Assembly (NCBI GenBank): GCA_028534125.1
Contig: CM052817.1
Span: 10,790,001 to 10,854,000, forward strand
Reading direction: 5' to 3'
Source: Lama glama
Taxonomy: Eukaryota
Length of the DNA stretch: 64,000 nucleotides
Each line of letters begins with the position of its first letter. The stretch's first letter is position 1. Positions 51,901-63,515 of this stretch are shown here, in pieces. Both the position numbers and the translations under genes were made by a program. The notes below the pieces were generated by a model. That model was not told where the DNA came from and did no database searches. It was given only the letters and a program-made list of their open reading frames with translations.

Positions 51901-53159
51901 GGTGCTTCAGGGAATCATCACGTCCCACCATTGTTTGTATCGGCGACACCATTGCCACTGTTTCACTAGTTCATCCCCTTATGCACTTCTTTGTCTAGTT
52001 TTCAGGCGCATATCAGGCACTATGCTGGATACATAGACTTAAAGATGAGTATGCGAGGATCTATTTTCTGCCCTATCAACAAACATCACTGAGGCAGCCG
52101 ACGTGTCTCTTTGCTCCTTTTACATCTCTAGAGAAGAATGTCTCAAACTGCTCCCTATCGCCAGTTCTTACATTTACTCTTTCAGTGAGTTAAGAAGATC
52201 TTTCTGACCAGCCACAAACTCCGCAGCTTTCATTCAAGATCCTCCTGACTTCTTACTCAGCTGCCCCTGAACCTGGGGAATAACTCAGCATCCTCCTCAT
52301 AAAAGCCCTTCGTAAACTTAAATTCAGTCATTAAATCAAGGAAATAGCTAAGCCACTTTACATGTGCTGAAGATTTTATTTTGGGATATCTCTGTGGGAA
52401 GGGATGTTTGGGATTAATTGAGCTTTCTGGATATCTGCACATGAGCACCGGAGTTTTATATATAGAACAAGAACACCTGATCACAGCACCTGCAAAGAAA
52501 AATTACTCATTTAACCTCCCGAACTCCAATCAGAGAGAGGAGGGTGTGGAGGCTCGGATGGAGGGCTCTGTGGCTAGGGGTCAGGACACCAAATTAGGGT
52601 GAGGAGGGGGCCTTCCAAAGACCCCATCTGGGTGCTCTTCTGTCCCTGCAGCCCCATCTCTTCCCTCTTCCTCCTGGGCACTCGTGTTCTGCCTAAGACC
52701 CATTCTCCAGCCAGGTTCTCAGCCCCTCACAAATGCAGAAGCCTCTGCACCAATTTCTTCAGACGTCATCTTCTTCAGCATTTGAAGGAGTGGGTTTTCC
52801 AGAATTTTTTAAACACCACAGAGGAATTTCTATGAATCTTTTTTGTCTTTTTCTGCCATCATAGAGTTTAGAAAATCATCACCCTCACAGAGATTTAATA
52901 CAGATTCACTTTCCTCTTTCTGCAGTTTAAAAAATAGCAATGAACTCTATTCCAGTCCCTGCTCTAGACTCACAGCCTCGGAGGGGACGTCCCTAACCAG
53001 CCTCTATAAACTTTAGCACATCTTCCCTGGTTCCGGACCCCCTCCTGCTCCTCTGGTCTTCTTCATATACCTTAACATCAACTGACTTGTATCGATTTGC
53101 ATAGTTTTTTAATCTGTTTCCAGCTCCCACAAAGCTGGGAATTTGTTTAGTATTTTGCC

Positions 53160-54435
53160 CTTTTTTTTTCATTTTTTATTAAAGTGTAACTTCCAGACAA
53201 TAGAATTTAACTTTTTTAAGCGTCATGTTCTACAAGTTTTGACAAATACATAGTCATGTACCCATTACCATTATCAAAATACAAAACAGCTCCATCACCC
53301 CCAAAAAAACCTCCCTGTGCCCCTTTGTAGCCAGTCCCTCTCCCCACCCCAGTCCCTGGCAACCACTGGTCTGTTTTCTGTATCCCTAGTTTTACCTTTT
53401 CCAGCTTTGTCATAAAATGACATCATAGTCTGCAGACTTTATAGCTTCTTTCATTTAACATGACATTTAACATACATTTGCAATTCATCCATGTTGTTGT
53501 GTGTGTAGGGGTAATGTTCCTTTTTTAATGCTAATAAATATGACATTGTGTAGATTTACCACAGTTTGTTTATTCATTCATCAGTTCAAGAGTATTTGTG
53601 TTGTTTTCCATTTGGGGCTATGGCAAATAAGGCTCCCATGAGTATTTGCACACACACTGATTTGTAAGCATAAGCTTTCATTTCTCTTAGGTAAATGCCG
53701 AGGACTGGGATTGCTGAATCTTCTATTAAGTGTATGCTTAATCATATAAGAAAGCGCCAAATCATCTTCCAGAATTACTGGACTATTTTACATCCTCAAC
53801 AGCGTGTACAAGTGTTCCAGTTGCTCCACGTCCTTCTTGGCACTTGGTGTTATCCGTTGTCAATTGGCAGTTGCTGTTTTGTTTTGTTTTGTTTGTTTGC
53901 CGTTTCAATAGGCAAGTGGTGGTATCTTGTTGTGGTTTCAGTTTCCGTTTCCCTAATGACAAATTGTGCTGAGCATCCTTTTATGAACATATTTGCCATC
54001 CATGTATGTTCTTTGGTGAGATGTCTGTTTAAATTGTTTGCCAGATTTTTGTTGGGGGTGTTTATTTCCTTATTTTTATGAGTTTTGAAAGTTCTTTTTA
54101 TCTTCTGGACACAAGTCTTTCATCAGATACATGATTGGCAAATATTTTCTCGCTGTCTGTGGTTATCTTTTATTGTCTTAGTGGTGTCTGTTGAAGAACA
54201 GAAGTTTTTAATTTTGATGGAGTCCTATTTATCAGCTCATAGTGGATTGTTTTTGGTATTGTGTCTAAGAAATTAAGGTGACAAAGATTTTCTGCCATGT
54301 TTCCTTTAAAAAGTTTGTAGATTTTAGGGTTTCATTTTATGAGCATCATCCATTTGGGGTTAATTGTTACATGTGGTACAAGATATAGGTTGCAGTCCAT
54401 TGTATGAATGTCCAATTGTTTCAGCACCAGCTGTA
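53160..54435 (-). mobile_element. L1MB-type LINE 3' portion inserted in an L2 tail
   Basis: ccccagtccctggcaaccactggtctgttttctg plus ORF2 C-terminal homology; TSD-like ggaatttgttt (53138-53148, 54440-54450). Confidence 0.9.
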
Positions 54436-54774
54436 ACTAGGAATTTGTTTCTATTTATTGCTGTATCCTATTGCTTAGAACTGTATCTGGTGTGTGGCAG
54501 ACATCCAATAAATATCTGACAAATAAACAAATCCAATTAGTTTAATTTTAAATATAAACTTAACTTTTTAATTCATTTAGAATTTGTTTTGATATACATC
54601 AAGGACTATGAATTTAAATGGATTTATTAGCCAAATTATTTCTGTTATGCCAACATTAATTAATGTAGATCAAATATTCTTTCTTAAAACAAAAATGACT
54701 TAATCTAATTGTTTCATTCACTATATATTTCATTCACCAAACTTTGAACAGGGCACTGGCTTAGACACTAAGTA

Positions 54775-55228
54775 GGGAATTCTTTTGTTTGTTTGGTAAA
54801 GTCTATGGATTCCTTGCTCAGAATAATGTATTTAAATGCATAATGCAAAAACATAGGATTACAAAAGAAACTAGTTATACTGAAATACAGTTTTCAAAAT
54901 ACTTTTAAAAAATTGTGACACAGTAATATTTATTTAAACATCATAACACAATCTAGCAGCAAGTCCAATAGCATCCACAGTTTCAGAGCAGTGATGAGCC
55001 CAGAATATTTTGAGCTATCTGCAATAACCTGTAATGTGATATAAAAACATGCTCTGGGATTTCTGTTGGTGGCAAAGTCACAGGTACTATGATTCTATTG
55101 TGACTCTTGTCTCCATTCATGATTGAAGGACATGCTGAATTTCTGTTAGAGCTTAGTGAAAATAAAGACGTATTCTGTTTCTATTCAAATCCTTAGCCCC
55201 ATGAATTTCAATCCTGGTTAAGAACGCC
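54775..55228. mobile_element. Charlie4a/MER80-like hAT transposon
   Basis: ctcagaataatgtatttaaatgcataa...caaagtcacaggtact...ttagtgaaaataaaga...ggttaagaac. Confidence 0.8.
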
Positions 55229-56189
55229 AAAGAGAAACACAGATGAATAAAATGCTGTCCCTGCCTCCAAAGAAATTCATTCTAGTAAGAAGCAATAGAC
55301 ACATGGCCAAGAGATTCTATGAGAGGCCAAGTTGCTTTAAAGTGGCTGACAGAGTATAGCGAAAAGTCTACAAAGATGGAAATAATGTCAGTCAGTCCTG
55401 GAGGGACATATTGAGCCCTGTTGTCACATAGGGATGAATAACTAAGTCTGTGTAGGAGAGGCTAGAAGGCTGGAGGAAGAAGGGAGCAGAAAAGACAAAA
55501 ACCTTAATGAGCGGTATAACCTCTCCCCCCGCCCCTACCACTGAACAATCAGACGCAGCTCTGTTTTAAAAGCTAGGCCATTGCTGAAAATAGGGGCACT
55601 GGAAAAGGAGGCAGGTGATGGGCATGACAAACGAGCTCTTTTCCAAGTCACAGAATAGTCTTTCCTTCCCAAAAGATGAAATGATACCCTGGAGATGTGG
55701 GCTGAAATCTGGTCCCCGGCCCCACTCATGGGATGTAGGCTGGTGAGAAAAGTCACACAGTGTAATAGGAAAAATAGAACTTTGCATCAGACGGACCAGA
55801 GCCTGAGCTGGTCACTTACCTGTGTTTCGGGTAGTGACGTCATCTGAGTAAGTTTTTGCCAAGGAGAATGACTTTTATGCCACTGCACTCATTTTTCACA
55901 GAGAAGAAGGGAGTGAAAGGCTGGGGTAAGGATAATGCTGAGTGAAGATTTCAATGTTTGAAAAAATCCACCAGTGAAAGGGTGACTTAATCGAGCAGAG
56001 GTGTCCTCACCAGGGAACTGGGCACGTGCAGTTCTGCTTCTCTGAGGCTCCCACTTCCTCTTTGGAATCAGGGATAAACCTACCTGTATGCACACATACC
56101 TCCATGCGGTCAGCTGTCTGGGGCAGGCCTTGACCCTGGAATTGGGGGAATGGAGGAAGGAAGTCTGCATTTGTTTATCTGCTGTGCCT

Positions 56190-56190
<1 letters not shown>

Positions 56191-56220
<30 letters not shown>
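56191..56220. repeat. (GT)15 microsatellite
   Basis: Direct reading. Confidence 0.95.
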
Positions 56221-56221
<1 letters not shown>

Positions 56222-56882
56222 AGTCAAAATGCATTCAGGGGACAAAAATCACACCAGTTATTTGAAAAGAGGGAATTTGATATAAAGAATTGTTAACTAG
56301 GTGTAACATTGTTACCTAGGAAACTGAAAGGATAAAAGAACTCAAGAGTGCCACAGAGCTAGCAACGACCAGAAGCAGCTACCACCCACAGGGCTGGGGG
56401 AACAGGAGGAAGAGACGGGAATCATTAAAACTTAGAGGCTTGGAGGAAGGCCCAGGGATCCAGGACCCAGACCTCTGGGGAGGGGGCCAGCTAGGTTAGT
56501 GGTGTCGGGGAGGGGAGTGTGAGGGGTGGGGGTGTGGGGAGGGGCAAGTGTGATAAGGCTGGTTCTGCGAGAGTTTTAAAAAAAGCTGAAAACTAGATTC
56601 AGCTGCTGCTGTTAGAAGACCCCCCCCCCACTCCACCACTGCCAGGATAAAGAACCAGGCTGGGGGATGCTCACAGAAACAGGAAGAAGACAGGAAGTCA
56701 ATAGATAAGAGCCTCCTTTTCCTTCCTGCCTCCTACTCTCTCTCTCTCTAGTGCCCCCTATTGGCAGATACTAACAGGGAGGATCTGACAAAGCAGAAAT
56801 GCAGGGCCCCAGCTCTGGCATCACAAGCTGAGCATAAAAAGGTGGATTTGGAGCCCAGAGACAATAGCATAGTAACTGGCAA
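56220..56882 (-). mobile_element. LTR41 ERVL solo LTR
   Basis: Reverse reads gccagttactatgctattgtctctgggctccaaatccacc...cttgtgatgc...catttctgctttg...ctgccaatagggggcactag. Confidence 0.85.
56749..56765 (-). promoter_or_regulatory. CTCF core motif within LTR41
   Basis: Minus strand GCCAATAGGGGGCACTA; 13/14 match to CCASYAGRKGGCRS. Confidence 0.6.
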
Positions 56883-57234
56883 CTTGGACATTTCAGGACA
56901 AAGAAGAGCAGAGAATCAGGCAGTGCCCAGTTTCCTGCACCTCACTTTTCACCACCACGCATTGTGTAGAATTGATCCTGATATTTGTAAGAAGAGATTA
57001 AGGTTCTGAGACCCTGATATCTCACAGCAGTGGGAGGTTCCTTTCCTATCAGATTCATCCAAGTGCACTTACCATTTCCACCTCATGAGATGTGACATAG
57101 AGGTATGATTTGCCTAAGATGACAGAGCTTGACTTTCTGAAAATGCATTACTCTTTGCACATATTGGCTAGTAGCATGAAAGAGGATGGAAGTTTGGGTG
57201 AACTAATCGATTGATAAGAATCAATAGATACTAT

Positions 57235-57540
57235 GCAGTGGTTCCAGTCTGCGGTCCTTGTGTTCCCTGAAAGAAGCCAAGCCATGAGCTAGCAGAATCA
57301 CACTCAGTCCTGATGTGTATTGAGATCACTGAGAAAACTTTTTAAAAATATCCACATCTGAGCTCCATCCTAGATCTGCTTAAACAAAATATTCGGGAGG
57401 TGGAGTCCCAGCATTGCACTATTTTCAGTTTCCCAGATGATTCCGATGTACATCCAAGATGAGAGTCATTGTTGCTGACCAGTGGTTCTCAAAGTTTGCT
57501 TTCCTTCCAGTCAACAATAGCATTGCTTGGGAATAATAAT
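57235..57540. mobile_element. MER5-type hAT-Charlie fragments
   Basis: cagtggttctcaaagt; ttcccagatgattccgatgtaca; gctccatcctaga. Confidence 0.6.
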
Positions 57541-57609
57541 GCAAGATATTAAAATAATGCAAGAAAGTTAATGAGTAAAGTTCCCTAAATACACATTAGT
57601 ATGATCATC

Positions 57610-57940
57610 ACAATTGTTTATTGAACACCTATTCAGAGGGGAACTCTAATCATGATAACCTTACTTACAAGAACCATTTAAACTCCCCAGTGACACTGCG
57701 TTATCGTTGTCCCCTTTTTACAGAGGGAAACGAGACTTAGACAAGTTACCAATGATCACATGACAAGTATGCAAGAGAGCTGGAGGTTTGAAGTCAAGTG
57801 TCTACACAGCGAGTTTTAGCCATTGCTCTATACTGCTATAGGTATTAAAAGAATCAGATTCTAGTCCTGGCTAAGCAATCACTCCCTTAGTGACCTTGGA
57901 CAAGTTGCTTCTCTCTGGGTTTCAGTTTTTCTCTTTGTTA
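57610..57940. mobile_element. Two MIR fragments in opposite orientation
   Basis: ccctttttacagagggaaacgagacttaga (-); gtgaccttggacaagttgctt (+). Confidence 0.65.
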
Positions 57941-58122
57941 ATCATACCAATGGTTTTAACTATGGACCCCAAAATTTCTAGAAGCCACAGAATTATTATA
58001 AGAAATCAATAAATCCATTTGTTGACCAAGTATTATCTTGTCTGATCATACCAATGGCTTTAACCATGGGCCCTCAAATTCCTAGAAGCCACAGTATTAC
58101 TATAAGAAATCAATAAATCCAT
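57941..58122. repeat. Direct repeat, two 78-bp copies, period 104 bp
   Basis: 57941-58018 versus 58045-58122: 70/78 identical by manual alignment. Confidence 0.95.
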
Positions 58123-58199
58123 CCATATACTGAGCATCGTCCAGGGACTCATGTCTATATGTGGTGCTATATTTAAATGTATGCAGAGGAGGTTGTGGA

Positions 58200-58560
58200 T
58201 CATTCATTCCTCAGCAACACTTACTGAGTGCCTGTTGTAGCCCACACCCTCTGCTAAGTGCTCGGTGTCCAGTCACCACCCTCCCTTCAAGGACACACCG
58301 TGGAGAACAGGAGACAAACATAAACACACAGGGAAAGCTAGAAATAAAAATTGCTAGAAGTGCTCTGAAGAAAGCCGTCTCTCTGTGAGTGAGACTAAGT
58401 GCAGGGAGCCTATGTTATTAGATTGGTGGTCAGGGAAGGCCTCTCCGAGGTCGGGATGATTAAGCTGAGACTGGGAGAGGAGAAGGAGCCAGCCAGCTGC
58501 GTGGGAGAAATTTTCCCAGCAGGGAGAGCAGTAAAAACGCCCTGAGGCTATTGAATTTAA
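58200..58560 (-). mobile_element. L2 3' fragment
   Basis: cattcattcctcagcaacacttactgagtgcct...ggtggtcagggaaggcctctccgagg...taagctgagac. Confidence 0.8.
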
Positions 58561-59119
58561 ACATGCTTATTCCTAAACACTAAAAATAAAACTACTATTA
58601 TTTGAGGGCCAAGGATAATTTTTGAAGATGAAAAAGAGCCCATGCGTGGTTTTCAAGGTGAGTGACACTAGTTCCTGCAGGAAACAGGCCAGATCTCAGT
58701 GGCTTACCACTGAGTTTATTCGTCCAATGGGAGGCATCAGGGACTCTGCTCCACACAGTCGTCAGGGACCCAGGCCCCTTACAACGTGTGGCTCCACCCA
58801 ATTCCAGAGCACACCCACTCTTAACCACCTCATCCTGGGAACGATACACATTTTCTCCACTCACATTCAGTTGGCAAGAAACAGCCATTCAGCCCCGCTG
58901 AGAAGCAAAAAGACCCAGAAAGTGTAGTTTAGGACGTTACTAGAAATGTGTGCCTCAACACGTAACCTGACAATCTGCCAAAGAAATACAAATGGTCAAT
59001 AAGTGTGTGAGAAATCAAAACTGGACACCAGGGAAATGTGCATTAAGACAAAAGTAACAGGAATTTTTGCATTTTTATTAAATTGACCGTAATTTTTTAA
59101 TGTTAGAAATCGTGAATAT

Positions 59120-60230
59120 ATGGAAGCTAAATGTCTATTAGTTGAGAAGAGCTTTAAAAAATTGTAATGTGCATTCTGTAGAGCACTACTACGTAACTGT
59201 TCAAAAGAATCATCTATACGTACCATCATGGAAAGATGTCTGAGATACATTGTTAGGTGAGAAAGGAAAGCAAGCAACAGAGTGAAGAGATCATCTGATT
59301 CCACTTACGATCAAATGCATGCAGTGTAAATGCAGAAGAGCAAGTTCTGGAAGCACGCCCACCAAATCTTAGCAGAGGTCCTTCTAGGTAGGGAAGTTGG
59401 ATAGGGGAGTCAAGGTAAGAGATACTGTGAACAAAGGGGACTTTGTCCTTTTCACTCTCTGTAAATTTGTGCTGTTGGTTTGTTTTGCTTTGTTTTGTTT
59501 GTTTTTAATATGAGCATGTACCATGTTTGGAATTAAAGGGGGGAAAAAGAAAGAACAACCCAGAGTTGGGGACAGTTGTAGGGAAACTGACATTACCATA
59601 CCCCACTGGTGGGAGTATAAATTGATACAACCTTTCAGGAGGGAAGTTTGGGAATATATGTATCAAGAGCTTTAAAAAACATTCATACCACCTCTAGGAA
59701 TTTAATCTCAGGAAATATTGTGCATATACACACAAGTTTAGTCCCAAGGAATAAGGAATAACTGTAAAAGATTATGCAGCATCTTCTCATGGACTACTAT
59801 GTAACTGTCCAAAAGAATCATCTATACATATCTTGAAGAGATGCTTGCAATACTATATTGTTAAGGGCAAAAAGGGAAGTAAGTGATGGCATGTATTGTT
59901 TGTAACAGCAGAACACTGGAAATAACTACCATACCCAATAGTAACCTATCAGTGGACTCAAATACTACTCAGATGTTTAAAGTGGTGTTATAGTAGAATT
60001 TCTAGAGACATACAGTTTCCATTAACTGAGTAGGTTTTAAATTAAAATCTCTTTTTTGTTTAAATATAGCTGTATAAAATATGCATGTAAGATACATTTA
60101 GTATGTCTAAAGGAATACACATATGTGTGTGTATTATACTCTGTAATAATAAATAAACTCATGTCAGAAAGACTGGACAAAGACCAAATATGAACACTGG
60201 TCACTCATAGGTAATGGACTTGGTAACAGC
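59120..60230 (+). mobile_element. Ancient L1ME-type 3' fragments (two or more)
   Basis: atggaaagatgtctgagatacattgttaggtgagaaa; ctggtgggagtataaattgatacaaccttt. Confidence 0.6.
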
Positions 60231-60429
60231 CACTTCACCTAAAATCAATTTTCCTAAAGACCATTTCTCTAAATATCTAGAAGTAGTTTCCTCAAATTAT
60301 CCCTCTTTCAGATGCTTCTCATTATTTATAAAACATTGAGATTTTGATAAGCCTTAATTAGATACACAAAAATAAATCAAAATTGCTCTGAAGTTAGAAG
60401 TGACTTTTTGTTAAAAATACTCAAACGCT

Positions 60430-60545
60430 GGGGGACGAGGGAGTTGGTATACCTCTGCGTCAGCGCGCATGCTTAGCATACATGAGGTCCTGGGTTTAAT
60501 CCCCAGTACCTCTGTTAAAATAAATACTTAACTAACAAAAAGATG
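60430..60545 (+). mobile_element. Vic-1-type SINE with divergent 5' end
   Basis: gcgcatgcttagcatacatgaggtcctgggtttaatccccagtacctc plus A-rich tail. Confidence 0.85.
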
Positions 60546-60639
60546 GAAAAGATACTGAGTTTTAGACAAACATGTGAATTGGCAATGACTCATGGACAGA
60601 CTTGTTTTAGCCAAACCAGATTTAGGCAAATTGATCTAT

Positions 60640-60730
60640 ATTTTTCCTTTTTCTTTCTTTTTTCTGCTCTGTTTTTCTCATTTCTTTCTTTCTTTCATTT
60701 CCTTCTTTCTTCCTCCTTTTCTTCTTGCTT
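60640..60730. repeat. Polypyrimidine (TTTC)n tract
   Basis: Direct reading. Confidence 0.85.
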
Positions 60731-61569
60731 ATCTATACCTTCTAATTATTCTGCAGAGATGTGATTTGAATGATCAAGTTTTAAAAAGAGAAAGTTATTT
60801 TTTAAAATAATAGCAGGAGACTCTTATACTCATTAAAGGTGGGCAAATCTGGACCTGAGATCCATTCCAAAGATGGCCCTTTATTAATTCAGTAAGCATG
60901 CTCCATCTAGCCCCTCCTGTGTGCTAAGGTGGAGGTCGGTGTCATCTGAGTACTCCCTTATTGCCATGAGCTTGCTGTGACACCACAAGTATGGCAAATC
61001 CCCCTGTCCCACTGCTGCCAAAGTCTTGGATTGGTGGCAGGCCCCCGGGAGTGCTAAGTCCACCCAAAGCATCCATTTGTTTGACAGCATGCTGACTTCT
61101 ACAGCTACTACTAGGAATCTGGGAGTCATTATACACCCCTCATTAGCATTGAAAAACCATCTGGTGGTCATTAAAAAGCAAACATTACATATAATACATT
61201 AGGCTTTAGAAACAATTTAATTAACATCAAGGTCTAGTCAAAATCCTCCACAGAAGGGGGATTCCCAGATAAGGGGCAACTTTGCTTTTCCCTTTATCCC
61301 ACGAACAGATGAGGAATTATGTCAGGCTGCAGTCCTGCCCGCTCCAGGCAATAACTCCCACAGATTCAATCAGCTCAGTTTGGAGGTCATTGGCTGAATG
61401 ACCATTTCTTTTAGGAATCTATAAAGTTCAACTTTTTTAACTTTATCAATAGTTCTGTTTGTGAGCAGAACAAGGCTATTTCCCAGGTACCCTGAGCAAG
61501 CTTCATGGGGGCACAGGCGTGCATTTCCCCTGGCTGGCACACGATGGCTCTTTACCCTGGGATTTGGTG

Positions 61570-61700
61570 TGTTGCAGTGGAAAGAGCTCTAGGTTAGGAA
61601 TCAGTACAGTATATCCAGTTCAGGGCAGCTTGTTCTCTGTGTGATCTTGGGCCAGTTGCTCAACTTCTCGGAGCCTTTCCCTCCTTTGTCAATAGGCCAT
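61570..61700 (+). mobile_element. MIR SINE
   Basis: gcagtggaaagagc...tgtgtgatcttgggccagttgctcaacttctcggagcct. Confidence 0.7.
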
Positions 61701-62309
61701 GTCACAGAACCATTGAGTCAAAATAGCCCAGGCTTCGTTTACCTTCGACAAAGCAGCTTCTAGGAGAGTGAAGACTGGTCTTGAGGAAACAGTTCACACC
61801 CGGTGTGTTTAATGACACAACCCAGGGGGCATTTGAATCCACTTCTGCAGAGCATTTGAATGAAATTAACTCATCCCATCTCAGATCCGTGTACTCCTTC
61901 TAATCTTTAGACTCTGGTCAGCCTCGCCAGTGATCTCTTTCAGGGTGGAACTTGGTGTGAGGAGACAGGGCTAGTCTCGAGAATCCCCACCTCTAGGGGG
62001 CCGTCGGGTTCCTTCATGGCTCCACACAAGACTCCTTAGTTAACTGGATCCATGCTGGTCCTCAGGCATGAATCCTGGGACCCTTCTAAGTCATTTTATT
62101 CTTCTCTCTTCGTGTCCAAAAGGAATCTTTTGGGCACTGACTCTGTGGTGGGTACCCTGCTAGGATCGGGAGTATAGGGGCTTACAACATGGTTCCTATC
62201 ACTGAAGAATTCACAAATTAGTGGAGGAAACCAACAAACAGGAAATTACTATCCATTGCAATCATTACTGAGTAGAGAAAACCAAGAGTGCTCACATCCC
62301 TCACCACTC

Positions 62310-62472
62310 CAGCTGTGGTCCTGGCTCCAGCAGGACCACCACCAGCAGCAGCAGCACCTGGAAGCTTGTTAGAAATGCAGAATCTCAGGCGCCACCAGAC
62401 CTACTGAATCGGAGTCTGCATTTTAACAAGATCCCAGGTGACTCTTGTCTACATTCGAGCCTGAGGGGCACC
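62310..62472 (+). mobile_element. MER5A hAT-Charlie element
   Basis: cagcacctggaagcttgttagaaatgcagaatctcaggc...cagacctactgaatc...ctgcattttaacaagatcccaggtga. Confidence 0.88.
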
Positions 62473-62489
62473 AGAACAGAAGACTGAAG

Positions 62490-62572
62490 GAGGTAGCCAA
62501 CTATCCCGATCAGGACTTGCAGTGCTAAAACCAGGACAGCCTCCGTCAAACCAGAACAGTTAGTCATCCTAA
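62490..62572. mobile_element. MER81 fragment
   Basis: cagtgctaaaaccaggacag...caaaccagaacagttagtcatccta. Confidence 0.6.
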
Positions 62573-62959
62573 ACAGAAGGCCACCAAAATGCGACTTGAG
62601 GGGTAAGGAGCAGCTTGCAGGAACACAGAAGCCTAAGATGACATAGAGGAGTTAGTTAGGCAGATAGATACCGCTAATGAGGGCAATCCCTCTTAAGGTA
62701 GCAAATGTGCTTGGTGTAGGTTTACAAACTCACCCCCAGAAGTCTAGCTTAGCATCATAACACCTCAGTGGCTGCCAAGGGGTCAGGTGTGTGGGTCCAG
62801 ACAGCACATCTCAAAACGTTCCATCCATACCTCAATGAAGGTACCACATTTTCGGGATTAATTTGCATGTCAAGGGTTTTGTTAAATTTTCATGTATATA
62901 TTTCCCAAAGTATTAAAAAGTGCTAAAAAGAAAAATAGTTTGGAATCCTCTGTTGCAGG

Positions 62960-63088
62960 GGAAGAAAGTAAGACTGTATGGCCAGGAAGACCTGGGTTTA
63001 AATCCGAGCTCTTTTGTTTACTGGCTGTGTGAGCATGAACAATTCATATCAATCCTCTGAGCTTCAGTTCCTCGTCTGTAAAGTGGGG
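62960..63088 (+). mobile_element. MIR SINE
   Basis: agacctgggtttaaatcc...ctctgagcttcagttcctcgtctgtaaagtgggg. Confidence 0.75.
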
Positions 63089-63089
63089 T

Positions 63090-63515
63090 CTTGTCAGAGG
63101 TCCCCAAGGCCACCTTCAGGTCTGGTTTTCACTAGGAACCACAGAACTCAGAAAAGTTGGTATACTCATGGTTATGGTCTAGCATAGTGAAAGGATACAG
63201 ATTAAAATCCCCAGAGGAAGAAGGTGCTTAGGACAGAGTCCAGGAGAGACAAATACTAGGTTCCACGTGCCTTCCTCCAGTGGATTCATACAAATATCAA
63301 CTTACGTCTCATGTCATATGTGTTCACCATAAATCACATGTTATTATAAGTATCGGAACTATGTAGTATGGGCCATGGCCCAGATATACAATTATACTCT
63401 TTCTAGATAGGATATTCCCAGGATTCAGAGATGATCTTCCAGAAGCAGGTCAAGGGCCAGTCCCTTCTTTGAAATGTGCAGGATTTGAGCACCCTGAATT
63501 AACCCTTTATCACTC
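63090..63515 (-). mobile_element. MER21C/MER68-group LTR
   Basis: aggtccccaaggccacc...gtgaaaggatacagattaaaatc...ttcaccataaatcaca...gtcaagggccagtcc. Confidence 0.75.

Noticed and set aside
57941..58122. CRISPR-like repeat-spacer
   Set aside because: Two long diverged copies in a mammalian context with no cas genes; an ordinary tandem duplication.
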